Shown: positions 10,720 through 20,751 of the stretch, piece by piece
Numbering within the stretch: the stretch's first letter is position 1
Layout: every line of letters begins with the position of its first letter
Assembly: GCA_963664825.1 (NCBI GenBank)
Contig: OY761614.1
Span: 2,848,001-2,912,000, forward strand
Source of the DNA: an uncultured Holophaga sp.
Lineage (GTDB): Bacteria > Acidobacteriota > Holophagae > Holophagales > Holophagaceae
DNA length: 64,000 nucleotides
Direction of reading: 5' to 3'
Position numbers and translations under genes: made by a program
Notes under the pieces: model-generated
Told to the model about the DNA's origin: nothing
The model's input: the letters and a program-made list of their open reading frames with translations, nothing else
Databases searched by the model: none

Positions 10720-11621
10720 GAAAAAAACGGTTACTGCAACGTGGAATTCCGCCAGGGGGATATCGAGCAGATTCCCCTGGAGGATGCCTCGGTGGATGTG
10801 ATCATCTCCAATTGCGTCATCAACCTCACCACGGATAAGGCCAGGGCCTTCCGGGAAGCCTTCCGGGAAGCCTTCCGGGTGCTCAGGCCCGGTGGTCGCC
10901 TCCTGGTATCGGACATCGTGCTGCTGAAGGCCCTGCCGGAGGTGATCCGACACGATCTGGATGCCTACGCGGCCTGTGTGGCCGGGGCCTTGCCCAAGGG
11001 TGACTACCTGGCAGCCCTCCGCGCCGCGGGGTTCTCGGCCATCGAAGGGGTGGGCGAAACCCATTTTGATCTCGGAGAACCCACTGCAAAGAACGTGGAA
11101 GGGGCCCAAAAGATCACGGCAGCCGATCTGAAGGAGGCCGCCGAGGCTGTGGCGAGCGTCCAGATTCAGGCATTCAAGGCCGCTCCTGGATCCGTTTTCG
11201 CCGGTTGAAATTCAATTCCCGCCGGTTGAAAAGACGAGGGCCGCCAGGGCACCCAGGAGGATCAGCAAGATATCGCTACCGCTCAAGGTGCCGTAGCGGG
11301 TCGTGGTGAAGAACGTATGGAGAACCATCCGGTGGGCCATGGGAATCTCCCTTCCGCAAGGAATCCTGTCCTACTCCTAAGGATGGGCTCCGGTGCGATA
11401 GGGGCTGTGACAGTTCCGTGAATTCGAGGGGACAACGCTTCACCCACTGTCCTTTCGATCTCCTGGGCGGCGATGGGATGCTGAAAAATTACAATCAGGC
11501 TTGATATGCGGTCTTCCGGGATCCGTGGGATCATGGGAGGAACCCATTCCGCAGGGCCGCTCTTGTAGGGGCGATTGGCCTGGGTGGACCGTTCGCATCG
11601 AAATGTCATCGGAGGAGGAGC

Positions 11622-11840
11622 ATGAGCCAGGCTCACGTCAAAGGTCATCTGGGTGGACTGCCCTCGCCGGTGGAAGGTATGAACCTGGGGCATTGGCTTG
11701 GTCGTGCGCGGGTCACGGAGGATCAGCTGACGGCTCTTCTCGCCAGGCCAGACCTCAACCCCCTTCAGCAGGCCAAGGTCCAGGGCCTACTGGGGCGCCT
11801 TCGTCTCGATATTTCGGAGCAGTTGAAGAAACAGCCTTAG
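11622..11840 (+). CDS. Small hypothetical protein
   Basis: 72-aa ORF with strong GGAGGAG RBS; no recognised motif. Confidence 0.5.
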   Translation: MSQAHVKGHLGGLPSPVEGMNLGHWLGRARVTEDQLTALLARPDLNPLQQAKVQGLLGRLRLDISEQLKKQP

Positions 11841-11926
11841 GGGCCGTTACCAAATAATCCGGCTTTTCTGGCTCTTTCGATACGGCCCCTCATGTCGTGG
11901 TGGCATGGCGATTCCGCGACAACGAC

Positions 11927-12328
11927 TCAGCCCTGAACGGGGCCAGGGTCACCGGCCTGCCGCACGAAACCTTCGAATTCCCGCTGGGCCTGTTCGGGAT
12001 CGGGGCTTCTGAAGAGCACTAGGTCCCTCAGCCGCTCCAGACCCTCCTTTCCCAGGATTTGGGAAAATCGGATCGCCAAGCCATCGGCGTTGTCCCTGAC
12101 AACGGTGCCCCAGGCCAGGATCTTGGTCTCTACGCCCTCTTCCAGCACGAAGATGATGATGTAGCACCTCGTCCCCAGGGGCACCCGCTCGGTGCTGCGC
12201 ACCAGGATGCCGTTCATGCTGATATTGATGGCCGAAGGGCAGGTGAGGGTCCTCTCTTCGGCCATCACCTTGAGGCGGTAGCCGATGGGAACGCGTATGA
12301 ATTTTCGCGGGAGAGTCCGCCTGTCCAT
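11927..12328 (-). CDS. PilZ domain protein
   Basis: RKFIRVP (RxxxR) and NISMNG (D/NxSxxG) c-di-GMP-binding motifs. Confidence 0.85.
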   Translation of the reverse strand: MDRRTLPRKFIRVPIGYRLKVMAEERTLTCPSAINISMNGILVRSTERVPLGTRCYIIIFVLEEGVETKILAWGTVVRDNADGLAIRFSQILGKEGLERLRDLVLFRSPDPEQAQREFEGFVRQAGDPGPVQG

Positions 12329-12532
12329 TAGATGTTCCTGGGTCCTGGGGTGGGACTCTGAACCATACCCTCACAGAAGGGGAGGTCCGGGACTGATGCC
12401 ACTATCGCTACCTTCGATGATTGGGGGAAGATGGGTCCTTCAGCGCTTGGAGATGGCCTTCCTGGATGCGGTTTTCCTCGTCAGGTTTCTCGCTTTTCCC
12501 CGAGGGCGAAGCCAATCCTGGAGGTGATTCTC

Positions 12533-12760
12533 ATGGCAGAAACTCATCCCAACGAACTCCCGCCCATCGGAGAGGCGGAGTACCTGCTGGAGACGCCCCT
12601 GAAGTGCCACTGCTGCCAGCAGATGATTGCCTCGGTGCTGATCGTGCGACTCCTGCGGGTGCGGGTGAATTTCGTGTCCTCCCTGCCCCGGAGAGGCCAT
12701 GTGGTGGTCTGTCCCTCCTGCCATGGCATCCTTTCCGCCGAACTGGGCGGGATGGCCTGA
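12533..12760 (+). CDS. Small Cys-rich (zinc-ribbon-like) hypothetical protein
   Basis: GGAGG RBS; CHCC and CPSC motifs. Confidence 0.65.
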   Translation: MAETHPNELPPIGEAEYLLETPLKCHCCQQMIASVLIVRLLRVRVNFVSSLPRRGHVVVCPSCHGILSAELGGMA

Positions 12761-12770
12761 GGCATTCCGA

Positions 12771-13034
12771 TCAGGCCTTCGTGAGGGCGTCGCGGATGGC
12801 TTCGAGGCGGTCCAGGATGGCTCCCAGGCTGGCGAACAAGAGGCCCGCAGCGATTCCCCCCAGTCCTGTCCTCCAGGCTTGCAACATGGCGGAACTCCGC
12901 TCCACGGCATTGGAGATGAAGACATAGCCCTCCAGGTGTTCCTCGGCCGGCGGAGCCTTGATGGCGATGGTGATGGCGATGGCGATGCCGAGGGCGGCCA
13001 CGACGATCGCGAAGATGTTGAGGGCCTTTTTCAT
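12771..13034 (-). CDS. Small two-TM membrane protein
   Basis: MKKALNIFAIVVAALGIAIAITIAI... with a second hydrophobic helix. Confidence 0.6.
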   Translation of the reverse strand: MKKALNIFAIVVAALGIAIAITIAIKAPPAEEHLEGYVFISNAVERSSAMLQAWRTGLGGIAAGLLFASLGAILDRLEAIRDALTKA

Positions 13035-13154
13035 TGGAGTCTCCGGGTCTTCAGATTCCTGGCTGGGATTATGGCTCAAGCTCAGGTCCAGGCCTTCACC
13101 TTTTTGGGGCTGAGCCTTTGGAAAATCGTCTCCAGGCAAAGACACCAAGAGGCC

Positions 13155-14732
13155 TTACGGTAGCGGTTCTGCTCGGGTTCGGGCCGCGGTGACGCGGTTT
13201 CTCCCGGCCTTCTTGGACTGGTACAGGGCCTCGTCAGCCTGGGCGATGAACCATGCTTCATCCCGGTCCTGCGCGACCGGGGCTGAAGCCAGGCCGATGC
13301 TGAGAGAGAGGTGGGGCGCTGCCTCTGAATATGCGTGAGGAATGGCTCGCTGGGCCAGGCTCTTCAGGAGTTTCGAAGCCACCTTCAACGCGTTCTCCTC
13401 GCTGACGCCTGGGAGGATGACGGCGAACTCTTCGCCCCCGTACCGGGCCGGCAGCTCTCCGGCGCGTTGGAACACCTCGCGCATTACTTCCCCCACCGCC
13501 CGGAGGGCATCGTCTCCGCCCTGGTGGCCGTAGTGGTCGTTGTAGCGCTTGAAAAAATCCACATCGCACATCAGGAGGGATAATCGCCCCCCTCCGCGCC
13601 TGGCTCGACGGATCTCTTCCTCCATCACGTCGTTGAAGCGTCGCCGGTTGGCCAGGCCCGTGAGGGCATCCTCGATGGCCATCTGCTGCAAGCGCAGATT
13701 GAGCTCCTCCAACTCCATCGTGCGGGCCGCCACCCGGGCCTCGAGTTCCACGTTGGCCCGGCGGAGTTGTTCGGCCTGCTGCATGTTCTCACTGAAGAGC
13801 TTCGCGTTGGTGAGGGCCAGGCTCGCTCGATCCGCTAGGTTCTGGAGCATGGTCTGGTCTTCTTCGGAGTAGGGCCGGCTGGCCGATCCCTTGGCGAGGG
13901 TGAGCGTGCCCAGGGTCACGCCCTGGGTGCGAAGGGGCACGGAGAGGAGACTGTGGGCGTTGTAGCGCCTGAGGAAGGGATGGAATTCCGGGCGAAGGGC
14001 CTCTCGGATGCGCTGCCCCTTGGGGTCCTCCAGGCGGAGGCCCAGGCCCGAAGCGGCCACCCGGCCAGGGACTGAATCCGGAGCCGTGGCCTGGGAAAGT
14101 GTCCGGATATCGGGCAGGACATCCTTTCCATCCAGGTAGGGCTGGTCTACGGCCCGAGGCACTAGGCCTCCCTGGCCGTCCAGCATTTCCACGACGGCGA
14201 GATCTCCGATATCGGCCGCCAGATAGCGGGCGATGAGATCCAGGGCTCGCTGGTAATCCGATCCCGCCTCCGCCAGGGCCAAGAAGACGCTGTTCTGGGC
14301 CTCCGCGCGCCTCAGCCGCGTTTTGTGATCCGATTCGAGGCGCTTTCGGTCCCCGATATCCCGGATGGTGGAGAGGATCCGCGCTTCGCCGTCGAGGCTC
14401 GCCAGGTGAAGGCTCATCTCCACCCAGAAGATTCGCCCCCGGCGATCATGGGCGAGCCATTCGAAGGTCTGAGGATCCCCCTCCGCGGCCTTGTGTACCC
14501 AGGCCAGGGCGTCCTTCTGGGTATAGGGGGCAAGACCCACGCTGAGAGCCCCCATGGGAAGGGTCAGCAGATCCTCTCGAACCTGTCCGAAGAGCGAACA
14601 GGCACGAACATTGGCGTCCAGGATGGCCCCGGACTCCGGATCGTGGATGAGGATGGCCTCCTGGAATGCGTTGAACAGCGCACGGGCGCGGTCCTCGTCC
14701 TTGCTGGAGCGGGCAGTTCTCCTCACAGGCAT
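13155..14732 (-). CDS. PAS-GAF-GGDEF diguanylate cyclase
   Basis: DALTGLANRR, DVDFFKRYNDHYGHQGGD, RYGGEEF, ADEALYQSK; PAS and GAF domains N-terminal. Confidence 0.93.
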   Translation of the reverse strand: MPVRRTARSSKDEDRARALFNAFQEAILIHDPESGAILDANVRACSLFGQVREDLLTLPMGALSVGLAPYTQKDALAWVHKAAEGDPQTFEWLAHDRRGRIFWVEMSLHLASLDGEARILSTIRDIGDRKRLESDHKTRLRRAEAQNSVFLALAEAGSDYQRALDLIARYLAADIGDLAVVEMLDGQGGLVPRAVDQPYLDGKDVLPDIRTLSQATAPDSVPGRVAASGLGLRLEDPKGQRIREALRPEFHPFLRRYNAHSLLSVPLRTQGVTLGTLTLAKGSASRPYSEEDQTMLQNLADRASLALTNAKLFSENMQQAEQLRRANVELEARVAARTMELEELNLRLQQMAIEDALTGLANRRRFNDVMEEEIRRARRGGGRLSLLMCDVDFFKRYNDHYGHQGGDDALRAVGEVMREVFQRAGELPARYGGEEFAVILPGVSEENALKVASKLLKSLAQRAIPHAYSEAAPHLSLSIGLASAPVAQDRDEAWFIAQADEALYQSKKAGRNRVTAARTRAEPLP

Positions 14733-14877
14733 GGAGGCACGCTAGCACATTTGCAGGAATAGAGGAGCCAAAGGGTAAGAAAAAAGGATCCAAAACCAAA
14801 AGTGACAAGCAATTATTTTGCTAAAACTTTCGCTTTTGTTTTGGCTTGTGGCCGAATGTTCCATTCCTAGACTGATA

Positions 14878-14923
14878 GGTGGACTTCAGTGGCACAAAGT
14901 GGATCGTTTTGGATCAAAGTGGT
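14878..14923 (+). promoter_or_regulatory. MraZ-binding direct repeats (dcw operator)
   Basis: (G/T)TGG repeated five times at exact 10-bp period (14879, 14889, 14899, 14909, 14919) just upstream of mraZ. Confidence 0.85.
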
Positions 14924-14967
14924 CCAAGGCGCCCTCCTCGATCCTCTGGAGCTTTCTCTCGAAAGGC

Positions 14968-15438
14968 ATGCGGTTGTTACGTCTTCGCGGCAATTCCCCG
15001 GCGACGGTGGATGAAAAGGGGCGCCTCAAGCTCCCCACCACCTTCAAGGCCGATCTCGACACCCTCGCCACCGGCGAAGGGCAGGGGAATGTCCGCCATT
15101 ACCTGACATCCCTGGATGGGAAGAGCGCGCGGCTCTACCCCATGCCCGTCTGGGAGGCCTTCGAGGCCCGGCTGGCCCAGTTGCCCAGCACCAATCCAGC
15201 CCGGCGCAAGCTGCTGGAATTCACCGCCTACTACGGCAGCGAGGTCTCCCCCGATGCCCAGGGGCGCTTCGTCATCCCTCCCATCCTGCGGGAGGCCGCC
15301 CAGCTCATGGGCGAAGTGGCCATCCTGGGGCAGCTGGATCATCTGGCCCTCTGGAATCGCGGGCACTTCGAACGCCGTCTGGCGGCCGAACCGCTCACCA
15401 CCGACGATCTGGCCCAGTTGGCGGAATTGGGGATCTGA
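14968..15438 (+). CDS. mraZ: Transcriptional regulator MraZ
   Basis: VDEKGRLKLP and DAQGRFVIP repeats; first gene of the dcw cluster. Confidence 0.95.
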   Translation: MRLLRLRGNSPATVDEKGRLKLPTTFKADLDTLATGEGQGNVRHYLTSLDGKSARLYPMPVWEAFEARLAQLPSTNPARRKLLEFTAYYGSEVSPDAQGRFVIPPILREAAQLMGEVAILGQLDHLALWNRGHFERRLAAEPLTTDDLAQLAELGI

Positions 15439-16418
15439 TGACCACGCCCATCGTCCATGTCCCCGTCCTGCTCCACGAAGTCCTGGAGCACCTGCCCGTT
15501 CCTCCGGGAGGGCGGGTGCTCGATCTGACCCTGGGGCTGGGGGGCCATGCCCAGGCGATCCTGGCCCAGGCCGGACCCGAGGTGCGTTATCTCGGCGTGG
15601 ACCGGGACCCCCAGGCCCGGGCCCTCGCCCAGGGGCGCCTGGGCCAGGACGCTCGGATCACGATCATGGCCGGGAGCTACGAGGAGGTGTGGAGTGACCC
15701 CGCCTTCCAGGCCTGGTGCCACCTCCAGGCCCCCGATGGCTTCGACGTCATCCTCATGGATCTGGGCATCTCCACGCTCCATCTGAAGGATGCCTCCCGG
15801 GGCTTCAGCTTCATGGAAGCAGGGCCCCTGGATATGCGGATGGATACTGAGCACGGCCTCACGGCTCTCGAGTGGATCCAGGAACAGAGCGAAGAGAGCC
15901 TGGCCGACGCGATCTACCGCTTCGGGGAAGAGCGCGCCTCCCGGCCCATCGCCCGGGCCATCCTCAAGGCCCTGGAAGCCGGACAGCTCAATACGACGCG
16001 CGATCTGGCCGCTGCGGTCTACAAGGTCATTCCCCGGGAACCCGCCAAACGCAAGGGGCTTTCCGATCCCGCCACCCGCACCTTCCAGGGCATCCGCATC
16101 GCCGTCAATGGCGAATTGGAGGGCCTGGCCCAGACCCTCGAAAGGACGGTGGCCGCCCTCAAGGTCGGCGGGCGCCTGGGCGTCATCAGTTTCCACAGCC
16201 TGGAGGACCGCATCGTCAAGCAGACCCTGCGGCGCCTGGCGGGCATCTACGACGGGTCGGGGCGCATCGCGCCCAGCCCCCTTCCCAAACTGCTCCGGCT
16301 CATCTACGGCGGGGGCCTCGTCCCCACCGAGGAAGAGACCCGGGCCAATCCTCCCTCTCGTTCCGCCCGCCTCCGCCTTGGTGAGCGCCTGCCGTTTGAA
16401 GCTCCGAGGGTCCCATGA
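15438..16418 (+). CDS. rsmH: 16S rRNA m4C1402 methyltransferase RsmH
   Basis: HVPVLLHE, DLTLGLGGH, GPLDMRMD, ISFHSLEDRIVK, NPPSRSARLR. Confidence 0.96.
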   Translation: MTTPIVHVPVLLHEVLEHLPVPPGGRVLDLTLGLGGHAQAILAQAGPEVRYLGVDRDPQARALAQGRLGQDARITIMAGSYEEVWSDPAFQAWCHLQAPDGFDVILMDLGISTLHLKDASRGFSFMEAGPLDMRMDTEHGLTALEWIQEQSEESLADAIYRFGEERASRPIARAILKALEAGQLNTTRDLAAAVYKVIPREPAKRKGLSDPATRTFQGIRIAVNGELEGLAQTLERTVAALKVGGRLGVISFHSLEDRIVKQTLRRLAGIYDGSGRIAPSPLPKLLRLIYGGGLVPTEEETRANPPSRSARLRLGERLPFEAPRVP

Positions 16419-16792
16419 ACCTCACCCAGACACCTGCTCGTCGAGATCCCATGCTGCCCGCCCGCCAGGTGGAGGGCGAGGGCGTGCTTCGCATGATCCT
16501 GCTGGCCCTGGCCCTGACCATGCCCCTGGCCTCCCTGGCCTATCTCAAGATCCAGCAGACGCGCCTGAGCTACGAGATGAGCGATATCCGCGACCGCATC
16601 AAGCAGGAGGAAGAACTGAACCGCAAGCTTCTGCTGGAGCGCTCCCGCTACCAGCGGGATGAGGAGGTCCAGTCCTTCGCCGTGGAGACGGGCATGCAGC
16701 CCCGCTGCCAGAGCCACCTCATCCACCGTTCCTTCACCGCCGACGATCAGCGCTTGGCCAAGCTGAGGCCCGTCTCCTCTCTGGAGAACTGA
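16415..16792 (+). CDS. ftsL: Cell division protein FtsL-like
   Basis: Single TM helix plus coiled coil; lies between rsmH and ftsI. Confidence 0.75.
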   Translation: MNLTQTPARRDPMLPARQVEGEGVLRMILLALALTMPLASLAYLKIQQTRLSYEMSDIRDRIKQEEELNRKLLLERSRYQRDEEVQSFAVETGMQPRCQSHLIHRSFTADDQRLAKLRPVSSLEN

Positions 16793-16803
16793 TGAAGGTG
16801 CAG

Positions 16804-16893
16804 CTCCGGGCAGCCGCCGAGGCACGAGGCGGCGTAAAGCAGCGCGAGTCAGGCTCGGCCGAAGGCCGAACTGGATCGTGCTGCGCCCCGGAG
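16804..16893 (+). repeat. Structured intergenic repeat, copy 1
   Basis: Multi-stem element homologous to the reverse complement of 20752-20850, with compensatory base changes. Confidence 0.8.
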
Positions 16894-17010
16894 TGCCCGA
16901 TTGCGCCTTCACATCACGTGTGCCCCATGGGGGCATGATGTCTGACAAGCTAGGATGAAGGGGGGCTGTTCGGTCCCTGGAGTGGAAGATACGTGGGATT
17001 TTCGGGGTTG

Positions 17011-19143
17011 ATGAGCGGCAAGGCGCCGCCTCGGCGGTTGCTGGGGAGGCCGGAGGCCCAGGACCTAGCCGCGCCTCGGCTTTCCTGGGTGATCAGCCTG
17101 ATGCTGCTCTGGGCCCTGACGATCCTCCTGCGCCTGTTGTGGCTCCAGGTCATCGCCCACGAACGCTACCATCTGCGGGCCGAACACCAGCATTTCACGC
17201 GCCTGCCCAGGCCCTCCATTCGGGGGGAACTGCGGGATCGCCGGGGCGCCTCTCTGGCGATCTCCACCCGGGCCGAGAGCCTCTTCTGCACGCCCACCAG
17301 CTTCTATCCGGATTTCAGGGGGGGCAGGGGCGAACAGGACAGCACCTGGGGCGAGCCCGATCGCGCCAGCGCCCAGAAGGTGGCTGCCGCCCTGGCGCCC
17401 CTGCTGGAGACCAGCGCCCGGAATATCCAGGAGAAGCTGCTCCGCAAGAAGACCTTCGTCTATGTCGAGCGCCAGCTCCCGCCGGAGAAGGCTGCGGCCA
17501 TCAAGGCCCTGAAGCTCGATGGGGTGGATTTCCTGCCGGAGAGCCGTCGCCAGTATCCGCGCAATAGCCTGGCCTGTCAGATACTAGGCTTCACCAATAT
17601 TGATGGACTCGGGCAGCTGGGCATCGAGCACACCTTCAACGAACAGCTGGCGGGCAAGGACGGCGAACTCATCGCCCCCAAAGACGCCAAGGGGCATCTG
17701 CTCATCCTGCAGGAGAACTTCTCCAAGGTGCCGGTGAATGGTTCGACCCTCCAGCTCACCCTGGACGCCACCATCCAGCACATCGTGGAAGAGGCCCTGG
17801 AGGAGGGCGTGCAGCTCTACCACCCCCTCACGGCCTACGCCGTGGTGGTGGACCCCAGCACCGGCGAGATCCTGGCCATGGCCGGCACCCCCACCTTCGA
17901 TCCCAATTTTCCCGTATCCAAGAAGTTCAGGAACCGGCCCGAATCCGAATTCAGTGCTGCGGAAAAAGAGGAATACCACCACGAGCTGGAGCGCCAGAAG
18001 GCCGCGCGCAAGGTGCATCCCGTGGAGGATGCCTACGAACCGGGTTCCACCATGAAGATCTTCACGGCCGCCATCGCCCTGGAGGAGCGCAAGGTGCACC
18101 TGGGGGAGAAGATCAACTGCGAGGGAGGGCATTGGAAATACCTCGACAAGGTCATCACGGACACCCACCATACGGGCGTTTTGACCTTCGAGGAGGTGCT
18201 CTGGCAGAGCTCCAACGTGGGGGCCGCCAAAATCGGCCTTCGCCTGGATCCCACCGTGCACTACCAGTACCTGCGCAAGTTCGGCTTCGGAGACCGCACG
18301 GGCCTCAACTTCCCCGGGGAGACCCTGGGCCGCCTGCCAAGCCCGGATCAGTGGAGCGGCACCACCCAGCCCACCCTCTGCTACGGCTACGGTCTTTCGG
18401 TCTCCCCGCTCCAGATCCTCATGGCTGGGTGCGCCTTGGCCAATGGCGGCAAGCTCATGCAGCCCTACCTGGTGCAGCGGGTCTACAACGACCAGGGCGC
18501 CCTGCTCCAGGAGAATAAGCCCAAGGTCCGTTGCCAGGTCATCAGCGAGGAGACGAGCGCTCTCATGCGGGAGGTCCTGAAGGGCGTCATCACCAATGGC
18601 ACAGGCAAGAAGGCCCAGCTCGATGGGGGCGTGGAGGCCTTCGGCAAGACGGGCACGGCCCGGAAGATCGGGCCGGGCGGGAAGTACGACGCCAAGCGCC
18701 ACTACTCCTCCTTCATGGGTTTCTTCCCCGCCGACAAGCCCCAGTACGGCATGCTCTTCATGCTTGATGAGCCCTCCGGAGGGCTTGCGGGCGGTGACGT
18801 GGCGGCGCCCCTCTTCAAGAAGATCGGCGATGGCATCATGCGCTATCGCACCCTGGGGCGCGGAGCGGACCAGGAGCCGGATCTGAAGCTCTCCCTGCGG
18901 GACTGGGCCGCCAGCGAAACCGATGAGGCCACGGTGCATGTGGAGACCGGGAAGGTGCCCGATCTCAAGGGCCTGTCCCTGAAGGCGGCCATCCACCGGG
19001 TGGTGATGGCCGGGGGTGTGCCCCGGATCGAGGGCATCGCTGAAGGCCCCGAAGGCCCCTACGCCGTGAAAGGCCAGAGCCCCGCGGCCGGCAGCCCTTT
19101 GACCTTCGGCGAGGCGGTGAAGATCAAGCTGAGGGAACCATGA
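17011..19143 (+). CDS. ftsI: Penicillin-binding protein FtsI (PBP3) with C-terminal PASTA-like domain
   Basis: EPGSTMK (SxxK), SSN, GKTGT; RGELRDR. Confidence 0.94.
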   Translation: MSGKAPPRRLLGRPEAQDLAAPRLSWVISLMLLWALTILLRLLWLQVIAHERYHLRAEHQHFTRLPRPSIRGELRDRRGASLAISTRAESLFCTPTSFYPDFRGGRGEQDSTWGEPDRASAQKVAAALAPLLETSARNIQEKLLRKKTFVYVERQLPPEKAAAIKALKLDGVDFLPESRRQYPRNSLACQILGFTNIDGLGQLGIEHTFNEQLAGKDGELIAPKDAKGHLLILQENFSKVPVNGSTLQLTLDATIQHIVEEALEEGVQLYHPLTAYAVVVDPSTGEILAMAGTPTFDPNFPVSKKFRNRPESEFSAAEKEEYHHELERQKAARKVHPVEDAYEPGSTMKIFTAAIALEERKVHLGEKINCEGGHWKYLDKVITDTHHTGVLTFEEVLWQSSNVGAAKIGLRLDPTVHYQYLRKFGFGDRTGLNFPGETLGRLPSPDQWSGTTQPTLCYGYGLSVSPLQILMAGCALANGGKLMQPYLVQRVYNDQGALLQENKPKVRCQVISEETSALMREVLKGVITNGTGKKAQLDGGVEAFGKTGTARKIGPGGKYDAKRHYSSFMGFFPADKPQYGMLFMLDEPSGGLAGGDVAAPLFKKIGDGIMRYRTLGRGADQEPDLKLSLRDWAASETDEATVHVETGKVPDLKGLSLKAAIHRVVMAGGVPRIEGIAEGPEGPYAVKGQSPAAGSPLTFGEAVKIKLREP

Positions 19144-20660
19144 GATTCGGTGAACTGATCGAAGGCCTGCCTGGATTGGGGGAAGCCCGGGGGCCCCTGG
19201 ATCGAGAGATCCACGACCTGGGTTGCGATAGCCGGGAGATTCAGTCCGGATGGGCCTTCCTGGCCCTCCGGGGAGAGCATGCCGATGGGAGCGCTTTCGT
19301 TCCCGCGGCCCTGGAACGGGGGGCGGCGGCCATCTTCCACCAATCGCCGCTGAGCCTTCCGGGGGAGGTGCCTTCGGCCTGGTTCAGCCCTTCAGACCAG
19401 GGCGGCACTCCCGATGACGGCCTGGCCCGAGAACACATGGCGAGCCTCTCCCGGAAGCTGTACCGCGCCCCCGACGAGGCGCTCGCGCTCATGGGCGTCA
19501 CAGGCACCAATGGCAAGACCACCACCACCATGCTCATTCGGCAGCTGCTCTTGGGCGCGGGGCTGGGCTGCGGCCTGGTGGGCACCGTGTCCATCGCGGC
19601 GGGCACCGAGGAGCTTGAGGCCGTGCGCACCTCTCCGGAGAGCCCGGTCTTCTACCGGTGGATGCGGAAGGCCGCAGACGCCGGGGACGTGGCCATGGCC
19701 GTGGAGGTTTCCAGCCACGCCCTCTGCATGGCGAGGGTCCATGGAGCGCGCTTCCGGGTGGGCCTTTTCACCAACCTGACCCAGGATCATCTGGACTATC
19801 ACGGCACCATGGAGGCCTATTTTCAGGCCAAGTGCCGCCTCTTCGCCCAGTGCGAGCGGGTGCTGATCAATGGGGACGATCCCTACGGGCGACGCCTGCT
19901 GGAAGCCCATTCCGGTTATGCCAGCTACGGCATCGAGGGCCCGGCGGATTACCGTGCCCTGGATCTGAGGCTCTCCCCCACAGGGACTGGGTTTCAGCTC
20001 CAGACGCCCTCCGGGGTCTGGAGGGTGGAGAGTCCGCTGCTGGGCCGCTTCAATGCCTACAATCTGCTGGCGGCCTTGGCGGCCTGCGGGGAGGCGGGCT
20101 TCGACCTCGGGAAGCTCCTCCGGGCCGTGCCTGGGCTGAAGGGGGCGCCGGGGCGCCTGGATCGCGTGGATGTGGGCCAACCCTTCGGCGTGATGGTGGA
20201 CTATGCCCACACCCCCGATGCCCTGGAAAAGCTGCTGATCGCAGGCAAGGATCTCCTGCCTCCGGGAGGGCGCCTGCACGTGCTCTTCGGATGTGGGGGT
20301 GATCGCGATCGCACCAAGCGCCCCCTCATGGCTGGCGCTGTGGCCGCCGGGGCCGATGTCATCTGGCACACCAGCGATAACACACGCACAGAAAATCCCC
20401 AGCGCATGCTCGATGACGCCGCGGCGGGCATTCCAGCCGGTATTTTGGCTGACGCCGCCCGCTATCATCGCATCGCCGATCGCGCCCTGGCCGTAGAGGC
20501 CGCGCTGGCCGATTGTCGCCCCGGGGATCTGCTGCTCCTGGCCGGCAAGGGACACGAACCCTACCAGGACATCCTGGGCGTGAAACACCCCTACAGCGAC
20601 CGCGGGGCCGTGGAGGCCGTGCTGCGGGGAGAACGCATACCCAGACCCTGGGCGGGATGA
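19140..20660 (+). CDS. murE: UDP-MurNAc-tripeptide synthetase MurE
   Basis: GVTGTNGKTT, EVSSH, TNLTQDHLDYH, DYAHTPDAL, GCGGDRD, AGKGHE. Confidence 0.96.
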   Translation: MRFGELIEGLPGLGEARGPLDREIHDLGCDSREIQSGWAFLALRGEHADGSAFVPAALERGAAAIFHQSPLSLPGEVPSAWFSPSDQGGTPDDGLAREHMASLSRKLYRAPDEALALMGVTGTNGKTTTTMLIRQLLLGAGLGCGLVGTVSIAAGTEELEAVRTSPESPVFYRWMRKAADAGDVAMAVEVSSHALCMARVHGARFRVGLFTNLTQDHLDYHGTMEAYFQAKCRLFAQCERVLINGDDPYGRRLLEAHSGYASYGIEGPADYRALDLRLSPTGTGFQLQTPSGVWRVESPLLGRFNAYNLLAALAACGEAGFDLGKLLRAVPGLKGAPGRLDRVDVGQPFGVMVDYAHTPDALEKLLIAGKDLLPPGGRLHVLFGCGGDRDRTKRPLMAGAVAAGADVIWHTSDNTRTENPQRMLDDAAAGIPAGILADAARYHRIADRALAVEAALADCRPGDLLLLAGKGHEPYQDILGVKHPYSDRGAVEAVLRGERIPRPWAG

Positions 20661-20751
20661 GCGCATGAACATGGCTAGAAGCACCACCAGTCATGAACTA
20701 GGATTTTGCATTCGGGTTGTTCACTTCGCCTTCGGTGGGCGACACATTACG

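Larger units (their letters stand above)
9019..11208 (+). pseudogene. arsM: Arsenite S-adenosylmethionine methyltransferase ArsM interrupted by ISL3
   Basis: 5' part: NLGLGCGNP, LDLGSGAGFD, GVDMTPEMI; 3' part: VEFRQGDIE...[12 protein letters not shown]...CVAGAL; removing the IS and one target copy restores the frame ([13 protein letters not shown]). Confidence 0.93.

Noticed and set aside
11199..11232. CGCCGGTTGAAA repeated twice at the end of arsM
   Set aside because: Only two short copies with no further context; function cannot be supported
12956..12990. GATGGC-type hexamer repeat
   Set aside because: Encodes the IAIAITIAI TM segment of the minus-strand membrane protein
14790..14844. Imperfect AT-rich inverted repeat between the cyclase gene and mraZ as a possible riboswitch
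   Set aside because: No c-di-GMP riboswitch consensus recognisable; probably promoter DNA
14878..14923. Periodic GTGG repeats as a novel array
   Set aside because: Match the established MraZ operator; listed as a feature only
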